NCBI GenBank assembly: GCA_964531725.1
Contig: CAZHEM010000001.1
Span: 1 to 58,693, forward strand
From: an uncultured Acetatifactor sp.
Lineage (GTDB): Bacteria > Bacillota > Clostridia > Lachnospirales > Lachnospiraceae
Length of the DNA stretch: 58,693 nt
Direction of reading: 5' to 3'
Shown: one piece after another, positions 49,287 through 58,693 of the stretch
Position numbering within the stretch: the stretch's first letter is position 1
Layout of the letters: each line of letters begins with the position of its first letter
The notes under the pieces: model-generated
Told to the model about the DNA's origin: nothing
The model's input: the letters and a program-made list of their open reading frames with translations, nothing else
Databases searched by the model: none
Made by a program: the position numbers and the translations under genes

Positions 49287-50150
49287 CTACTCTTCAAATG
49301 TAATTTCAAGGGCTTGGGAAATATCTTCCACTCTTAAATCTACATGCATATAGGCAATAGGCTCATTCTCTTTGAAAGCCACAAAAATAATTCCCTCTCC
49401 TGGCATATCACTTGCCTCGGAAATCTCTGCTGCATACACCACTACATCATCTATTTCCTCAATCGTCTTGAAAGAAAGCATATAATAAGGTTTTTCCTGT
49501 GTAGCATAATGCTCTTCAATTACGTTCTGTGCGTAGATTTCTGCAATTGCATACTCTTCACTGCACATGCGGAATTCCTTAGTCTCAAGATCAATAACCG
49601 CCAAGTCATCCTGACCTTCTATATATAAATCGTTCCCTATGCGGTACGAAGCACAATACCAACTAAAAGTTTCCCTCGGATTTACAGAATATGGTATTGC
49701 CTCATACTCCTTGGGATCATCAATAGAAAAATCTACAAGCATCAATTGTGGGTCTCTCTCCCCTGCCGACGTCAGCATATTAAAATCATAGAACAACACA
49801 TATCCCTGTTCTCTCTCTTCATCCAAGAAAGCACCAGCAGAAGACCACTCCCACTCCTCTGATGTTGGAAACTGATCTGTTAAATCAAACTGAAAATATT
49901 CGCCATCTCCCATGGAACCGCCTTGAATAAAGCAGGTGAAAACTCCATTCTCCTGACTCCCTCCATTACTTAGCCCTCTGTCGCAAAACACTTCCGTCAA
50001 CCCATAGGTAGACACCGCATCTCTACTGCTCTCCCAGTTTGTCTCTAGCTCTTGCACAATCGTTTCAAAATAAGGAGGCGTTGTTTCCTTTCCACATCCC
50101 CCAAGAATTAGCAACATAGTTGTTAGTAATAATACGATTTTCTTTTGCAT
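49287..50150 (-). CDS. Hypothetical acidic lipoprotein
   Basis: MQKKIVLLLTTMLLILGGC lipobox; SD GGGGAG. Confidence 0.75.
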   Translation of the reverse strand: MQKKIVLLLTTMLLILGGCGKETTPPYFETIVQELETNWESSRDAVSTYGLTEVFCDRGLSNGGSQENGVFTCFIQGGSMGDGEYFQFDLTDQFPTSEEWEWSSAGAFLDEEREQGYVLFYDFNMLTSAGERDPQLMLVDFSIDDPKEYEAIPYSVNPRETFSWYCASYRIGNDLYIEGQDDLAVIDLETKEFRMCSEEYAIAEIYAQNVIEEHYATQEKPYYMLSFKTIEEIDDVVVYAAEISEASDMPGEGIIFVAFKENEPIAYMHVDLRVEDISQALEITFEE

Positions 50151-50179
50151 TTTCTACTCCCCCTATTCTCCATATCTGG

Positions 50180-50812
50180 TTATTCTACATCCAAAAACAC
50201 ATATCCAAATAACTCTATTTCCTTCCATTCTAGCGCTTCATCCAAATGCATATAATAGGAAGTTTTTACTGTATCTGTATCAACCCCACCACTTTGCTTG
50301 ATCTGCTCTCTTACTTCCTCCAAATGCACATTTATCATCTCATTTATCGGCTCAACATCAACAACATAGGCAATATGGTACACTCTTCCCCAAATAGGGT
50401 CGTCAAAATACCTTGTTGCCACTTCTTCATAGTTGGGTTCCCGTGGTATCAATTGATATATAATACCAATCGCAACGCAGACAATTGTTAGCATTACAGC
50501 AACTGCTGTTATTATCCTTCTTTTTTTCTTCTTGGAATTATCTTCTACTACCGACTTCTCTTCTACCTCAATGTTATAGTCCGGATTTTCTAACTTTTTC
50601 AATGTCTCTTCCGGATTATGCAGCGCATCACAGGATACATGGAATGCTTCTGCTATCGAAGCAAACATCATCATGTCGGGAAGATTCTTTCCATGCTCCC
50701 ACTTACTCACTGCCGATGTTGATACCGATAGGAGACTTGCCAACTCCTTCTGACTCATACCTTGCTTTTTTCTTAAAGTAGTCAATAGTTGACCAAATTG
50801 CTCTTTATCCAT
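50180..50812 (-). CDS. Membrane-anchored XRE-HTH regulator with extracytoplasmic C-terminal domain
   Basis: 'LRKKQGMSQKELASLLSVSTSAVSKWEHGKNLPD', then KKKRR plus a TM helix and a C-terminal domain of about 85 aa. Confidence 0.85.
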   Translation of the reverse strand: MDKEQFGQLLTTLRKKQGMSQKELASLLSVSTSAVSKWEHGKNLPDMMMFASIAEAFHVSCDALHNPEETLKKLENPDYNIEVEEKSVVEDNSKKKKRRIITAVAVMLTIVCVAIGIIYQLIPREPNYEEVATRYFDDPIWGRVYHIAYVVDVEPINEMINVHLEEVREQIKQSGGVDTDTVKTSYYMHLDEALEWKEIELFGYVFLDVE

Positions 50813-50846
50813 TTGAATACCCCTTTACAATAATATCTAAATCAAA

Positions 50847-50890
50847 AGTATACAATTGAGCAGTTGGAAAATCAATTGAGCAAATGGAAA
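50847..50890 (-). promoter_or_regulatory. Promoter with tandem direct-repeat operator
   Basis: TTGATT (50875-50870), 17 bp, TATACT (50852-50847); CAATTGAGCAnnTGGAAA at 50853 and 50873. Confidence 0.65.
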
Positions 50891-50907
50891 TTTCTACCTT
50901 TTTCCAC

Positions 50908-50945
50908 AAAAAAAGATTGTGTTCTCCATCTTAAGAACACAATCT
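50908..50945 (-). terminator. Terminator after holB
   Basis: AGATTGTGTTCT-ccatctta-AGAACACAATCT with an A-run on the plus-strand 5' side. Confidence 0.8.
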
Positions 50946-50951
50946 CATCTC

Positions 50952-51944
50952 TTACCCATTCTCTTTGATTTCCAACATCAAAAGTTCCATGGTCAAATCA
51001 AAATTTACATTAGCATTCAGACGAGTCTTCGCCTTCTCCAATGCCTCAATAACATTCTCGATACCTTCATAGCTACTTCTGTCCGCCACCTTGCGAAGTG
51101 CCTGAATCTCCTCACGAAATACCAAGTGATTCACATCGTTGGTGGCCTTGAAGAGCAACACATCTCGATACCAGATAGCACAGATATCCAGATAATCATT
51201 AATCTCTAACTTATACTCTGTTATCTTCTTGATAGCAGCCACAATCTCCTGTAGCTCCATATCATGTATATACTTCAAAAGGGATAAAGCTTCCGCCTTT
51301 ACATTGTCAAAGTCCTCGCTGGAAGCAAGTAAACGCGCTTTGCCTACATTTCCTCTCGCAAATGCGACACATACCTCCGCCTTGTAATCAGGAATCTGCA
51401 TCTCCTCCATCAGATACTTCTTAATCAACTGATCTGATGCAGGCTTCATATTTAATACTACACAACGACTTAAAATCGTCTGCAATAAGGAATTCACATT
51501 AGTAGTCAGCAAGAAAATTACTGCATACTCAGGTGGCTCTTCTAAGGTCTTCAGAATGGCATTCTGCGCCTGAACCGTCATCTTCTCTGCTTCGTTAATG
51601 ATGTAGACCTTATATGGACTACTATATGGCTTAATTACCACATCATTATTCAACTGTGCACGAATGTCGTCTACACCAATGGTGTTTGGCTTCTCATGGC
51701 TTACATAGATAATATCTGGCTGATTACCTGACAAAGCCTGTTTACAAGAATGACATTCATGACATGGCTCATCGCCACCCTTTTCACATTGCAATGCCAT
51801 TGCAAATATCTTGGCAATGAATTCCTTACCAGATGCCTTCTCACCATTTATGATATATGCATGAGATATCTTCTTAGTACGAAGACCATTCTGCAAATGT
51901 TCTTTTATTTGTTCCTGTCCCACAATATCTTGAAATCTTGCCAT
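50952..51944 (-). CDS. holB: DNA polymerase III delta' subunit
   Basis: SHAYII.GE, C...CHECHSC zinc site, AQNAILKTLEEPP, TILSRC. Confidence 0.95.
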   Translation of the reverse strand: MARFQDIVGQEQIKEHLQNGLRTKKISHAYIINGEKASGKEFIAKIFAMALQCEKGGDEPCHECHSCKQALSGNQPDIIYVSHEKPNTIGVDDIRAQLNNDVVIKPYSSPYKVYIINEAEKMTVQAQNAILKTLEEPPEYAVIFLLTTNVNSLLQTILSRCVVLNMKPASDQLIKKYLMEEMQIPDYKAEVCVAFARGNVGKARLLASSEDFDNVKAEALSLLKYIHDMELQEIVAAIKKITEYKLEINDYLDICAIWYRDVLLFKATNDVNHLVFREEIQALRKVADRSSYEGIENVIEALEKAKTRLNANVNFDLTMELLMLEIKENG

Positions 51945-51962
51945 ACGCTGTCCCTCATCTCA

Positions 51963-52403
51963 TCATGTGAATATGTCAAGTAACAAACCTCTAATCTCGC
52001 CAATCTTATTCAGAATTGCGATATTGTCCTTCTCATCCTTCATTAATTCCTGCGCCAACTCGTCCAAATTCTGGTCAATCAATCGAATAATACCATACAC
52101 TCTATGTCGGCCTCTTCTATCCAGAAAATTCTCTCTGGTAAAAGTGTGGGAATGAGTTACTACCTCATTCAGGAATTCCTTAATCAATCCACGGTAACGC
52201 TTCATGTCCTTGATATCTCGTCTCTTGGATATCTTCTCACCCTGCATGGTAATATCCTCCATCAGGGTCTGAAGTCTGGCTTGAAGCTCCGCTTCTTCAA
52301 TATGACTGGCAAGCATGAATTTGAAAGTACCATCTGTAACACGTTGCTGATTCACCTGCTCTGTAGGTGCCGTTTTCGCAATCTGATTCACTCTCATATC
52401 CAT
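51963..52403 (-). CDS. yaaR: YaaR/DUF327 family protein
   Basis: 'I..QGEKI...[13 protein letters not shown]...[10 protein letters not shown]'; upstream of holB as in B. subtilis. Confidence 0.9.
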   Translation of the reverse strand: MDMRVNQIAKTAPTEQVNQQRVTDGTFKFMLASHIEEAELQARLQTLMEDITMQGEKISKRRDIKDMKRYRGLIKEFLNEVVTHSHTFTRENFLDRRGRHRVYGIIRLIDQNLDELAQELMKDEKDNIAILNKIGEIRGLLLDIFT

Positions 52404-52418
52404 ACGCTCACCCCTTCC

Positions 52419-53009
52419 CTATTTATTGGCAGTAATATAATCTTGAATCTCGCTTAAAACTCTATATAAATCATCATTATAGAAACGTCTCTCAATTCCA
52501 GCCTCTGCAATCTTCTCCTCTGAGAAATCCTCGCTATCTGCCAAGAATCTACGACACATTTCCTCATACTTAGGCTGTACTTGCTTCTTCTCCCTATTGA
52601 GAGCTCTTTGCAAACGTACCCCGTCATCTAATTCTATCATAACTGGTAGCAATTTGTCTTTACCAAAGTATTCAGATAAGCGTAAATATGCTTCCAAAGT
52701 TCCAATCATTATGTATAAATTGTCATCTTCCAACTGAATCTGACCATCATCCACGGTAAAATATCTCCACAACCCATGAAAAGTATGGTACTCCCTGTCC
52801 TCAATAACCTTCCCATCTCTTTTTAATTGCTGAAAACCATCTTCATCAGTAAAAAAATATTCCACACCATCCTGCTCATTCACACGAATGGGTCTAGTGG
52901 TATAAGGCACGATGGTTTTTAATTCCATCGTGCCTTCCTTTAATAACTCTTTGAAAATGGTATCTTTTCCTGTGGAGCTTTTGCCCATAAGATATACAAT
53001 CTTACCCAT
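52419..53009 (-). CDS. Guanylate kinase-like nucleoside monophosphate kinase
   Basis: GKSSTGKDT P-loop, YTTRPIR..E.DGVEYFF. Confidence 0.85.
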   Translation of the reverse strand: MGKIVYLMGKSSTGKDTIFKELLKEGTMELKTIVPYTTRPIRVNEQDGVEYFFTDEDGFQQLKRDGKVIEDREYHTFHGLWRYFTVDDGQIQLEDDNLYIMIGTLEAYLRLSEYFGKDKLLPVMIELDDGVRLQRALNREKKQVQPKYEEMCRRFLADSEDFSEEKIAEAGIERRFYNDDLYRVLSEIQDYITANK

Positions 53010-53014
53010 TTCTC

Positions 53015-54427
53015 TTATTCTACCTCTACAACTCGAATCATATTGGTTCTACCTGCTACACCAAGAGGTACACCTGCAGTAATGACAACAATATCACCTT
53101 TTTCAACACAGCCTGCTGCCTTCGCCTGCTCTACAGCATTGCTAAATAATGCTTCTGCATCATCCTGTTTCTCTAAGTATATCGGCTTGACACCCCATAA
53201 AAGATTAATCTGATTGCTAACTTTATTATCCATTGCGCATCCGATAATCTGACAATCAGGCTTAAATCTTGAAATAGCAGCTGCAGTAAATCCGGACAAG
53301 GTTACTGTGATAATTGCTTTTGCATTCAAATCCATTGCAGTAGTACATGTTGCATATGCAATAGCGGTAGTAATATCCTTTTCACACTCTGCGTAACGCG
53401 CCATTCTTCCACGATAATCAATATCCTGCTCAGTTGCTTCCGCAATGCGAGACATGGTCTTTAATGCCTCTACTGGGTACTGACCTGCAGCAGTCTCGCC
53501 AGAAAGCATGATTGCTGTAGTACCATCATAGATAGCATTTGCTACGTCAGTAACCTCAGCTCTGGTAGGTCTAGGATTCTTCATCATAGAATCTAACATC
53601 TGAGTAGCGGTAACAACCTGCTTACCCTGTGCCAAAGCTAATTTAATCATCTTCTTCTGAACCATTGGTAACTCTTCCATAGGAATCTCTACACCAAGGT
53701 CACCTCGAGCAACCATGATACCATCAGATACTTCAATAATCTCCTCAAGGTTCTGAATACCCTGCATATTTTCAATCTTAGAGATAATCTGCATAGAGCT
53801 GTTATACTCGTTTAAAATCTCTCTAATTGCCAATACATCTTCTTTATTTCTTACAAAAGATGCAGCCAAGAAATCAAATCCCATTTCAATACCAAAAATG
53901 ATATCTGCTCTATCCTTCTCACTAATATAAGGCATGGTAAGAATAGCACCAGGTACGTTTACACCCTTACGGCTAGATACAGAACCACCATTCATAACAC
54001 GACAGTGGATATCATTTCCTTCAATCTTCTCTACTGTCAAGCCAATCAAACCGTCATCAATTAAGATAGAAGATCCTGCACCAATATCGTTCTTAATTCC
54101 TTTGTAAGAAATAGACGCCTTCTGTGCTGTTCCCATTACTTCGTCAGTGGTAAGAATGAATTCCTGGCCTTCCATTAACTCAACCTTATAGCCCTCGAAA
54201 TCGCCTAAACGAATCTCTGGACCCTTTGTATCAATCAAAGTAGCAACTGGTAAGCCTAATTCCTTTCTCACCTTATCTACATTTTCAAATTTGCCCTTCT
54301 GTTCCTCATGATCTCCATGGGAAAAATTAAATCTGGCTACATTCATTCCAGCAAGCATTAATTCTCTTAAATGATCAACATCCTGACTCGCTGGTCCGAT
54401 GGTACAAATAATCTTCGTTTTTCTCAT
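53015..54427 (-). CDS. pyk: Pyruvate kinase
   Basis: RKTKIICTIGP, RFNFSHG, DTKGPEIR, KIEN, MVARGDLG, ATQMLDSM..NPRPTRAE. ATG 54427. Confidence 0.98.
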   Translation of the reverse strand: MRKTKIICTIGPASQDVDHLRELMLAGMNVARFNFSHGDHEEQKGKFENVDKVRKELGLPVATLIDTKGPEIRLGDFEGYKVELMEGQEFILTTDEVMGTAQKASISYKGIKNDIGAGSSILIDDGLIGLTVEKIEGNDIHCRVMNGGSVSSRKGVNVPGAILTMPYISEKDRADIIFGIEMGFDFLAASFVRNKEDVLAIREILNEYNSSMQIISKIENMQGIQNLEEIIEVSDGIMVARGDLGVEIPMEELPMVQKKMIKLALAQGKQVVTATQMLDSMMKNPRPTRAEVTDVANAIYDGTTAIMLSGETAAGQYPVEALKTMSRIAEATEQDIDYRGRMARYAECEKDITTAIAYATCTTAMDLNAKAIITVTLSGFTAAAISRFKPDCQIIGCAMDNKVSNQINLLWGVKPIYLEKQDDAEALFSNAVEQAKAAGCVEKGDIVVITAGVPLGVAGRTNMIRVVEVE

Positions 54428-54464
54428 AATATTACCTTTCCTCATACAAACATCTATATCGTCA

Positions 54465-56033
54465 TTACCTTTCGGCATGATGAACTATTTTTATATAATG
54501 CACACACCTATCATTCTGCCCATCTGCGTGCTTGTTGCCATCTACATTTATTGGGGTATCTGTCCTTACTACCTTCACACCTTGAACAGTCAAACCGTGT
54601 CTCAAGTATTCTTCCAGTAACTGGACAATCTCCTCATTCATTACCTCACCCGGCACCAAAATCGGTATTCCTGGTGGATATAAATTGATGAATTCTCCAA
54701 CTGGTTGCCCTACACTTTCACGCAATGGCACATCCTTTGTATTCAACTCCCATGCCTGCGCTATAGGGATCATACAAGTTGGCCTCTCTACCTTCGTATT
54801 GCCACAGAGCAGACTACTTCGGCACGCATCCTTCCCATATGCCTTGTCTTCTATCAAACTACTGTAATCTACAGTTTTTCTAGTTACTTGGTCATCATCT
54901 TGCATCTTTGCAATCTCGTAATCAAGCTCTAACAAAGCTCTGGTCATTCGCTCATAACCATCATCATCATCTCCTACCGTAAACATAGCAAGACAATAGG
55001 TTCCTGCGGCCATTTCTAATTGCAGGTGATATCGCTCCAACAGAATATCATATAATTCTTGTCCAGACAAATGCGTATTTCTGGTAGATATCACAAGCTT
55101 TCCCACATCCTGTGCACCTGACTCTATCTCTTCTATATTCGATAAAATCTGTAAGCGCTTACATTTTACCAAACATTCCAACATCCGACAATATCTTCTA
55201 TAAAAAGTTGAAAAGATTTCTTCACCTTTTGTTTCTACAAGATTAAGAGCATTATCAATACTTGCCATCAATATATAGGATGGGCTACTTGTTTGATAAA
55301 TATGCAAAAATTTCCTAAGCTGCTGCCTATTTATTCTCCCACCATTTACATGGAGGATTGCCGACTGTGTCATTGCTGGTAAAGTCTTATGCACACTATT
55401 TATCACTATGTCAGCACCCAATCTGCTACTATTCTTAGCAAATCCTTTTGCCATACCCAAATGTGCACCATGTGCTTCATCTACAATCAAAGGAATCCCT
55501 TTTGCATGAACTACTTTGGCTATTCCTTGAATATCCGCAATTCGTCCTTCATAGGTAGGGGAGACGATATAGACTGCATCAATATCTGTCTCCCTCTCCA
55601 ATGCTTCCTCTACTTGCTCAGGCGTTATCGCCTCATATACATCATATCCTGTAATCCATTCAGGATATAAATAGGATAATCTCAAATTCCTAAGATAAGC
55701 GGCATGATATGCTGATTTATGACTATTTCGCGCCATTAATAAATGCCCACCAAACGGCACCGCCGCACTAATAGCACTCAATATTCCACCAGTGCTGCCA
55801 TTGACTAGATAAAAGCTTTCATCTGCACCATAAATCGAAGCCGCTTTCTGCTGTAATTCGAGTAAAATTCCTTCCGCTTGATGCAGATTATCAAAACCAT
55901 CTATCTCCGTAATATCCATCTTGGCAATCTCTTCCGGAAGATTACCATAGAGCCTACGTTTATGACCAGGCATATGATATGGGTAATAATCACTCTCCCC
56001 ATATTTTTGTAACTTATCATACAAATGGCTCAA
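54465..56033 (-). CDS. PLP-dependent Orn/Lys/Arg decarboxylase family protein (YaaO-like)
   Basis: HMPGHK, DITE, LVNGST, RNSHKS, DEAHGAH, SVHKTL (PLP Lys), TSSPSY, YPPGIP. Confidence 0.9.
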   Translation of the reverse strand: MSHLYDKLQKYGESDYYPYHMPGHKRRLYGNLPEEIAKMDITEIDGFDNLHQAEGILLELQQKAASIYGADESFYLVNGSTGGILSAISAAVPFGGHLLMARNSHKSAYHAAYLRNLRLSYLYPEWITGYDVYEAITPEQVEEALERETDIDAVYIVSPTYEGRIADIQGIAKVVHAKGIPLIVDEAHGAHLGMAKGFAKNSSRLGADIVINSVHKTLPAMTQSAILHVNGGRINRQQLRKFLHIYQTSSPSYILMASIDNALNLVETKGEEIFSTFYRRYCRMLECLVKCKRLQILSNIEEIESGAQDVGKLVISTRNTHLSGQELYDILLERYHLQLEMAAGTYCLAMFTVGDDDDGYERMTRALLELDYEIAKMQDDDQVTRKTVDYSSLIEDKAYGKDACRSSLLCGNTKVERPTCMIPIAQAWELNTKDVPLRESVGQPVGEFINLYPPGIPILVPGEVMNEEIVQLLEEYLRHGLTVQGVKVVRTDTPINVDGNKHADGQNDRCVHYIKIVHHAER

Positions 56034-56071
56034 TAATCTGCCTCTCTCTTTCTTTACATATCATTACTTTA

Positions 56072-57676
56072 TTAATAGTAGTAACATATAATTGGAAATC
56101 CATCGTATACATAACCATAGATTTGCCCTGCTGCCTCAAGTGGCAGATTAATGCAACCATGAGAACCATTCTCTAAGTAGATATCTCCACCAAACTCCGT
56201 TCTCCATGTCGCATCATGCATTCCATAGTTGCCATGGAATGGCATCCAGAAGCTAACTGGCTCCTCGTAATCTGCGCCTCGCAATACTGCATTGGTTGTT
56301 TTATAAGTAAGTCCAAAAACACCTGCTGGTGTAACGCAGCCAGGATCTGTCATAAGACCTGACACAAAATCTGTCTCAAATACAACTGCTCCGCCAATAT
56401 AAACATACAAATGCTGATGTGTTAAATCGATTTCCACATATGAGTTTCCTATATCATTATTTCCTTTGCGAAATCCCCTTACGCTATAAATCGGTTCTCT
56501 CTCTGTGGTCTCACCTTTTTTAATCAACGCAATTAATTCTTCTGTCTCAGCCGCTTTATCTGTTAGCCAGCCAAATGCACCACTTGGCAGATTAAGCTCT
56601 ACTCCCAGTGTAGTCATAAAGTTCCTATTCTTACCATAAGTATCCCATTTTTGTGCATTTTCAGTAACAAATTCTGCAATAGCTTCCTCATCTAAAGTAG
56701 CCTTATTATTAGCAACAGTAATCCATTCCTTAATCTGCTCTTTTCCAAGCTCTACTTTCGTGCCATTCCAGTCATATGTAATTTTGCTTTCTAAACATTT
56801 ATTGGCTGCATCCACAGTTTTTTGCAAATCTGCATCTTCTACCGTTACTTTTGCGTCTACATAGCATGCCTTTTCATCCAGATTAATTTCCGCTACTCTT
56901 CCCGTAATAGCATTTGCAATCTGAACTAATGCAGCTTCCACATCAATTGTTGTTCCTTTTACTTCCTGAATCAGTTCATATCCACCTTTTTCTTCCGAAT
57001 AATCACTAATATAAGCATCCTTAGGAGCAATCATATTTTTCTTCTGAAAGGCTTCCCACTCCTTTACAGAAGCTTCTAACATTTCTTCATCAAACGTCAC
57101 ACCTTGTACAATCGAATAGCTATCTACACGTTGTCCCATATAATAAAGTGGCCACAACAATTCATCCTGCTGTTCCATTACATGGGATATAGCACCTTCG
57201 ATATCTACAAGTTGCAAATTTATACTTTCAGCAGATATTGTACCTAATGTCACCTGCTCTTCTGTATTTTTTACATCCCTGCCAGTTACAATAAGTTCAT
57301 ATTCCATAGCTTGCTGCTCTACCATATCCGCAACAGGCTGAATCTCTAATTGCGAACAATCCATACCATTCACTCTGGTTCCTGGTAAAAAGTGCGTTTG
57401 AAAATAAATAGCCACACTGCCGTAGGCAATCAATACTACTGCCAAAAGTGCCACCACAGCCAAAAGCACCCACTTCTTTTTACTCTTTTTGGTCTGTTTC
57501 AAAGATTGTTCCTGCGTTTCGACGTTTGATTCTTGTTCATTGTCATCCTGTTTATCACTATTCTGGTCAACATCATTTTGCTTAACAACATTTTGTTCGT
57601 TACTACTCTGTTCAACGTCAACTTGCTTAATATCGTTGCGTTCACCGACACTTTGCTTTTCATTCTCCTGACTCAT
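56072..57676 (-). CDS. L,D-transpeptidase (YkuD) with PG-binding domains, membrane-anchored
   Basis: N-terminal TM; C-terminal 'YVEIDLTHQH...GMHDATWR..FGG..Y...GSHGCINL'. Confidence 0.93.
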   Translation of the reverse strand: MSQENEKQSVGERNDIKQVDVEQSSNEQNVVKQNDVDQNSDKQDDNEQESNVETQEQSLKQTKKSKKKWVLLAVVALLAVVLIAYGSVAIYFQTHFLPGTRVNGMDCSQLEIQPVADMVEQQAMEYELIVTGRDVKNTEEQVTLGTISAESINLQLVDIEGAISHVMEQQDELLWPLYYMGQRVDSYSIVQGVTFDEEMLEASVKEWEAFQKKNMIAPKDAYISDYSEEKGGYELIQEVKGTTIDVEAALVQIANAITGRVAEINLDEKACYVDAKVTVEDADLQKTVDAANKCLESKITYDWNGTKVELGKEQIKEWITVANNKATLDEEAIAEFVTENAQKWDTYGKNRNFMTTLGVELNLPSGAFGWLTDKAAETEELIALIKKGETTEREPIYSVRGFRKGNNDIGNSYVEIDLTHQHLYVYIGGAVVFETDFVSGLMTDPGCVTPAGVFGLTYKTTNAVLRGADYEEPVSFWMPFHGNYGMHDATWRTEFGGDIYLENGSHGCINLPLEAAGQIYGYVYDGFPIICYYY

Positions 57677-57821
57677 TAGATTCTCCTCATTATGTAAGCA
57701 TCACTTCTCTATGCACTATACAAATTGATTCCTATTATTGTGTTGTCCTTCCCATACGGACACTCTATAGTTCCACACAAACTGTTATTATATCATCATA
57801 TTCCCCAAATTCCTAGCAAAT

Positions 57822-58607
57822 CTAACAAAAATTGCGTGTAAAATAATACCACAGTGCAAGGACAGCATAAATAATCGGTTGATGCACCATATAAATAAGC
57901 AATGAATGTCTTCCCAACCATTCAAAATGCTTACTGCAACTAGGTTTTAATTGCTCTAACCAATTACTCTCATTCATAATTTGATAGAGAAAATAGCCCA
58001 CCATAAAAAGAAAGAACCAAGGAAATACAGAAAAATAATCCGTTGAAAAAAAGTCTTTTGCTGTAAACCCTACATAGGTAGCAACCCAATCAACAAAGTT
58101 CGCATCTGCGTTCCTCAGATACCCATACCAATGGTCTGAAATATTAAGAATCTCCCACTTCTCAAATCCCAACGAGCCTTTGTTAATGTTCCTTGTTATT
58201 ACAAATAACATAGTAGCAAAACATAAACCTATCTTGCTATCAATTTTATGTAAAATTTTATCCAGAGGAATCATCAGCAACATACTGGTTCCCAACAAAG
58301 TTAAGATTCCAAATATAACTACATTCTCAGGCATCACCAGAATCGTTACCATACTAATGATACTTCCTGCCACAAATACGACAATCCCTCTTTTAAGTTT
58401 ATGTCTGCCGAAATTCCAACAAAAACCAGAAAGTAAAATAAAACTCCAACAAATACTTTGTTGCCAAAGATACGCAATATCGGATTTATACCAGTTCCAT
58501 TGTTCACCATAAATATATACCATATCCCATATTGCATGGTAAGCAATCATACTAATTAACACTAGTCCTCTAAACAAATCAAGAATCGCATATCTTTTAG
58601 CATCCAT
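57822..58607 (-). CDS. DUF1624 / heparan-alpha-glucosaminide N-acetyltransferase-like membrane protein
   Basis: 'R...LDLFRG...MIAYH..WD', 'FGIL', 'DYFSVFPW', 'LGRHSLLIYMVHQP'. Confidence 0.88.
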   Translation of the reverse strand: MDAKRYAILDLFRGLVLISMIAYHAIWDMVYIYGEQWNWYKSDIAYLWQQSICWSFILLSGFCWNFGRHKLKRGIVVFVAGSIISMVTILVMPENVVIFGILTLLGTSMLLMIPLDKILHKIDSKIGLCFATMLFVITRNINKGSLGFEKWEILNISDHWYGYLRNADANFVDWVATYVGFTAKDFFSTDYFSVFPWFFLFMVGYFLYQIMNESNWLEQLKPSCSKHFEWLGRHSLLIYMVHQPIIYAVLALWYYFTRNFC

Positions 58608-58693
58608 TCATGGTTCTCCTCTTATAGTATCAGATAGGTAAAATAACATGCATATAGAACAAGCATTGCTCCCCCCCATGGTCTAGTGAGCTT

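Noticed and set aside
463-58546. Numerous short plus-strand and nested ORFs in the track (e.g. 463-939, 24206-24646, 41025-41453, 48036-48481)
   Set aside because: They are antisense or off-frame shadows of well-supported genes, with no motifs or ribosome-binding sites.

Overview
A 58.7-kb chromosomal segment from a spore-forming, low-GC Firmicute. Gene content and style suggest Clostridia/Lachnospiraceae (inference). Almost all genes lie on the minus strand. Housekeeping content: metG with a Met T-box, an OhrR/Gpx pair, a hybrid histidine kinase with a receiver-only partner, a GH2 glycosidase, rpe, an L-arabinose cluster (araR-araA-FGGY kinase-araD, then split transketolase), spmAB, a FASII operon (acpP-fabK-fabD-fabG-fabF-fabZ-fabX-like-fabH) with a FabT-type operator, lrgAB, and the yaaO-pyk-gmk-like-yaaR-holB-ricT-yabB-rsmI cluster. 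The most interesting part is an accessory block of about 6.7 kb between tkt and rpe (15631-22330). It holds a putative peptide-signalling module: two tandem XRE-HTH/TPR-like (RRNPP-type) regulators converge on an unannotated 45-aa secreted peptide gene. That gene is divergent from a secreted C39-like cysteine peptidase and lipoprotein pair. The two divergent -10 boxes sit exactly symmetrically about a perfect 24-bp inverted repeat. Other notable items are an Rpn-like nuclease gene with an in-frame stop and a strong internal start, two long fold-back elements inside the ara operon, and a two-gene insertion between holB and ricT with a direct-repeat operator. All family assignments come from motif recognition by eye; no database searches were run.
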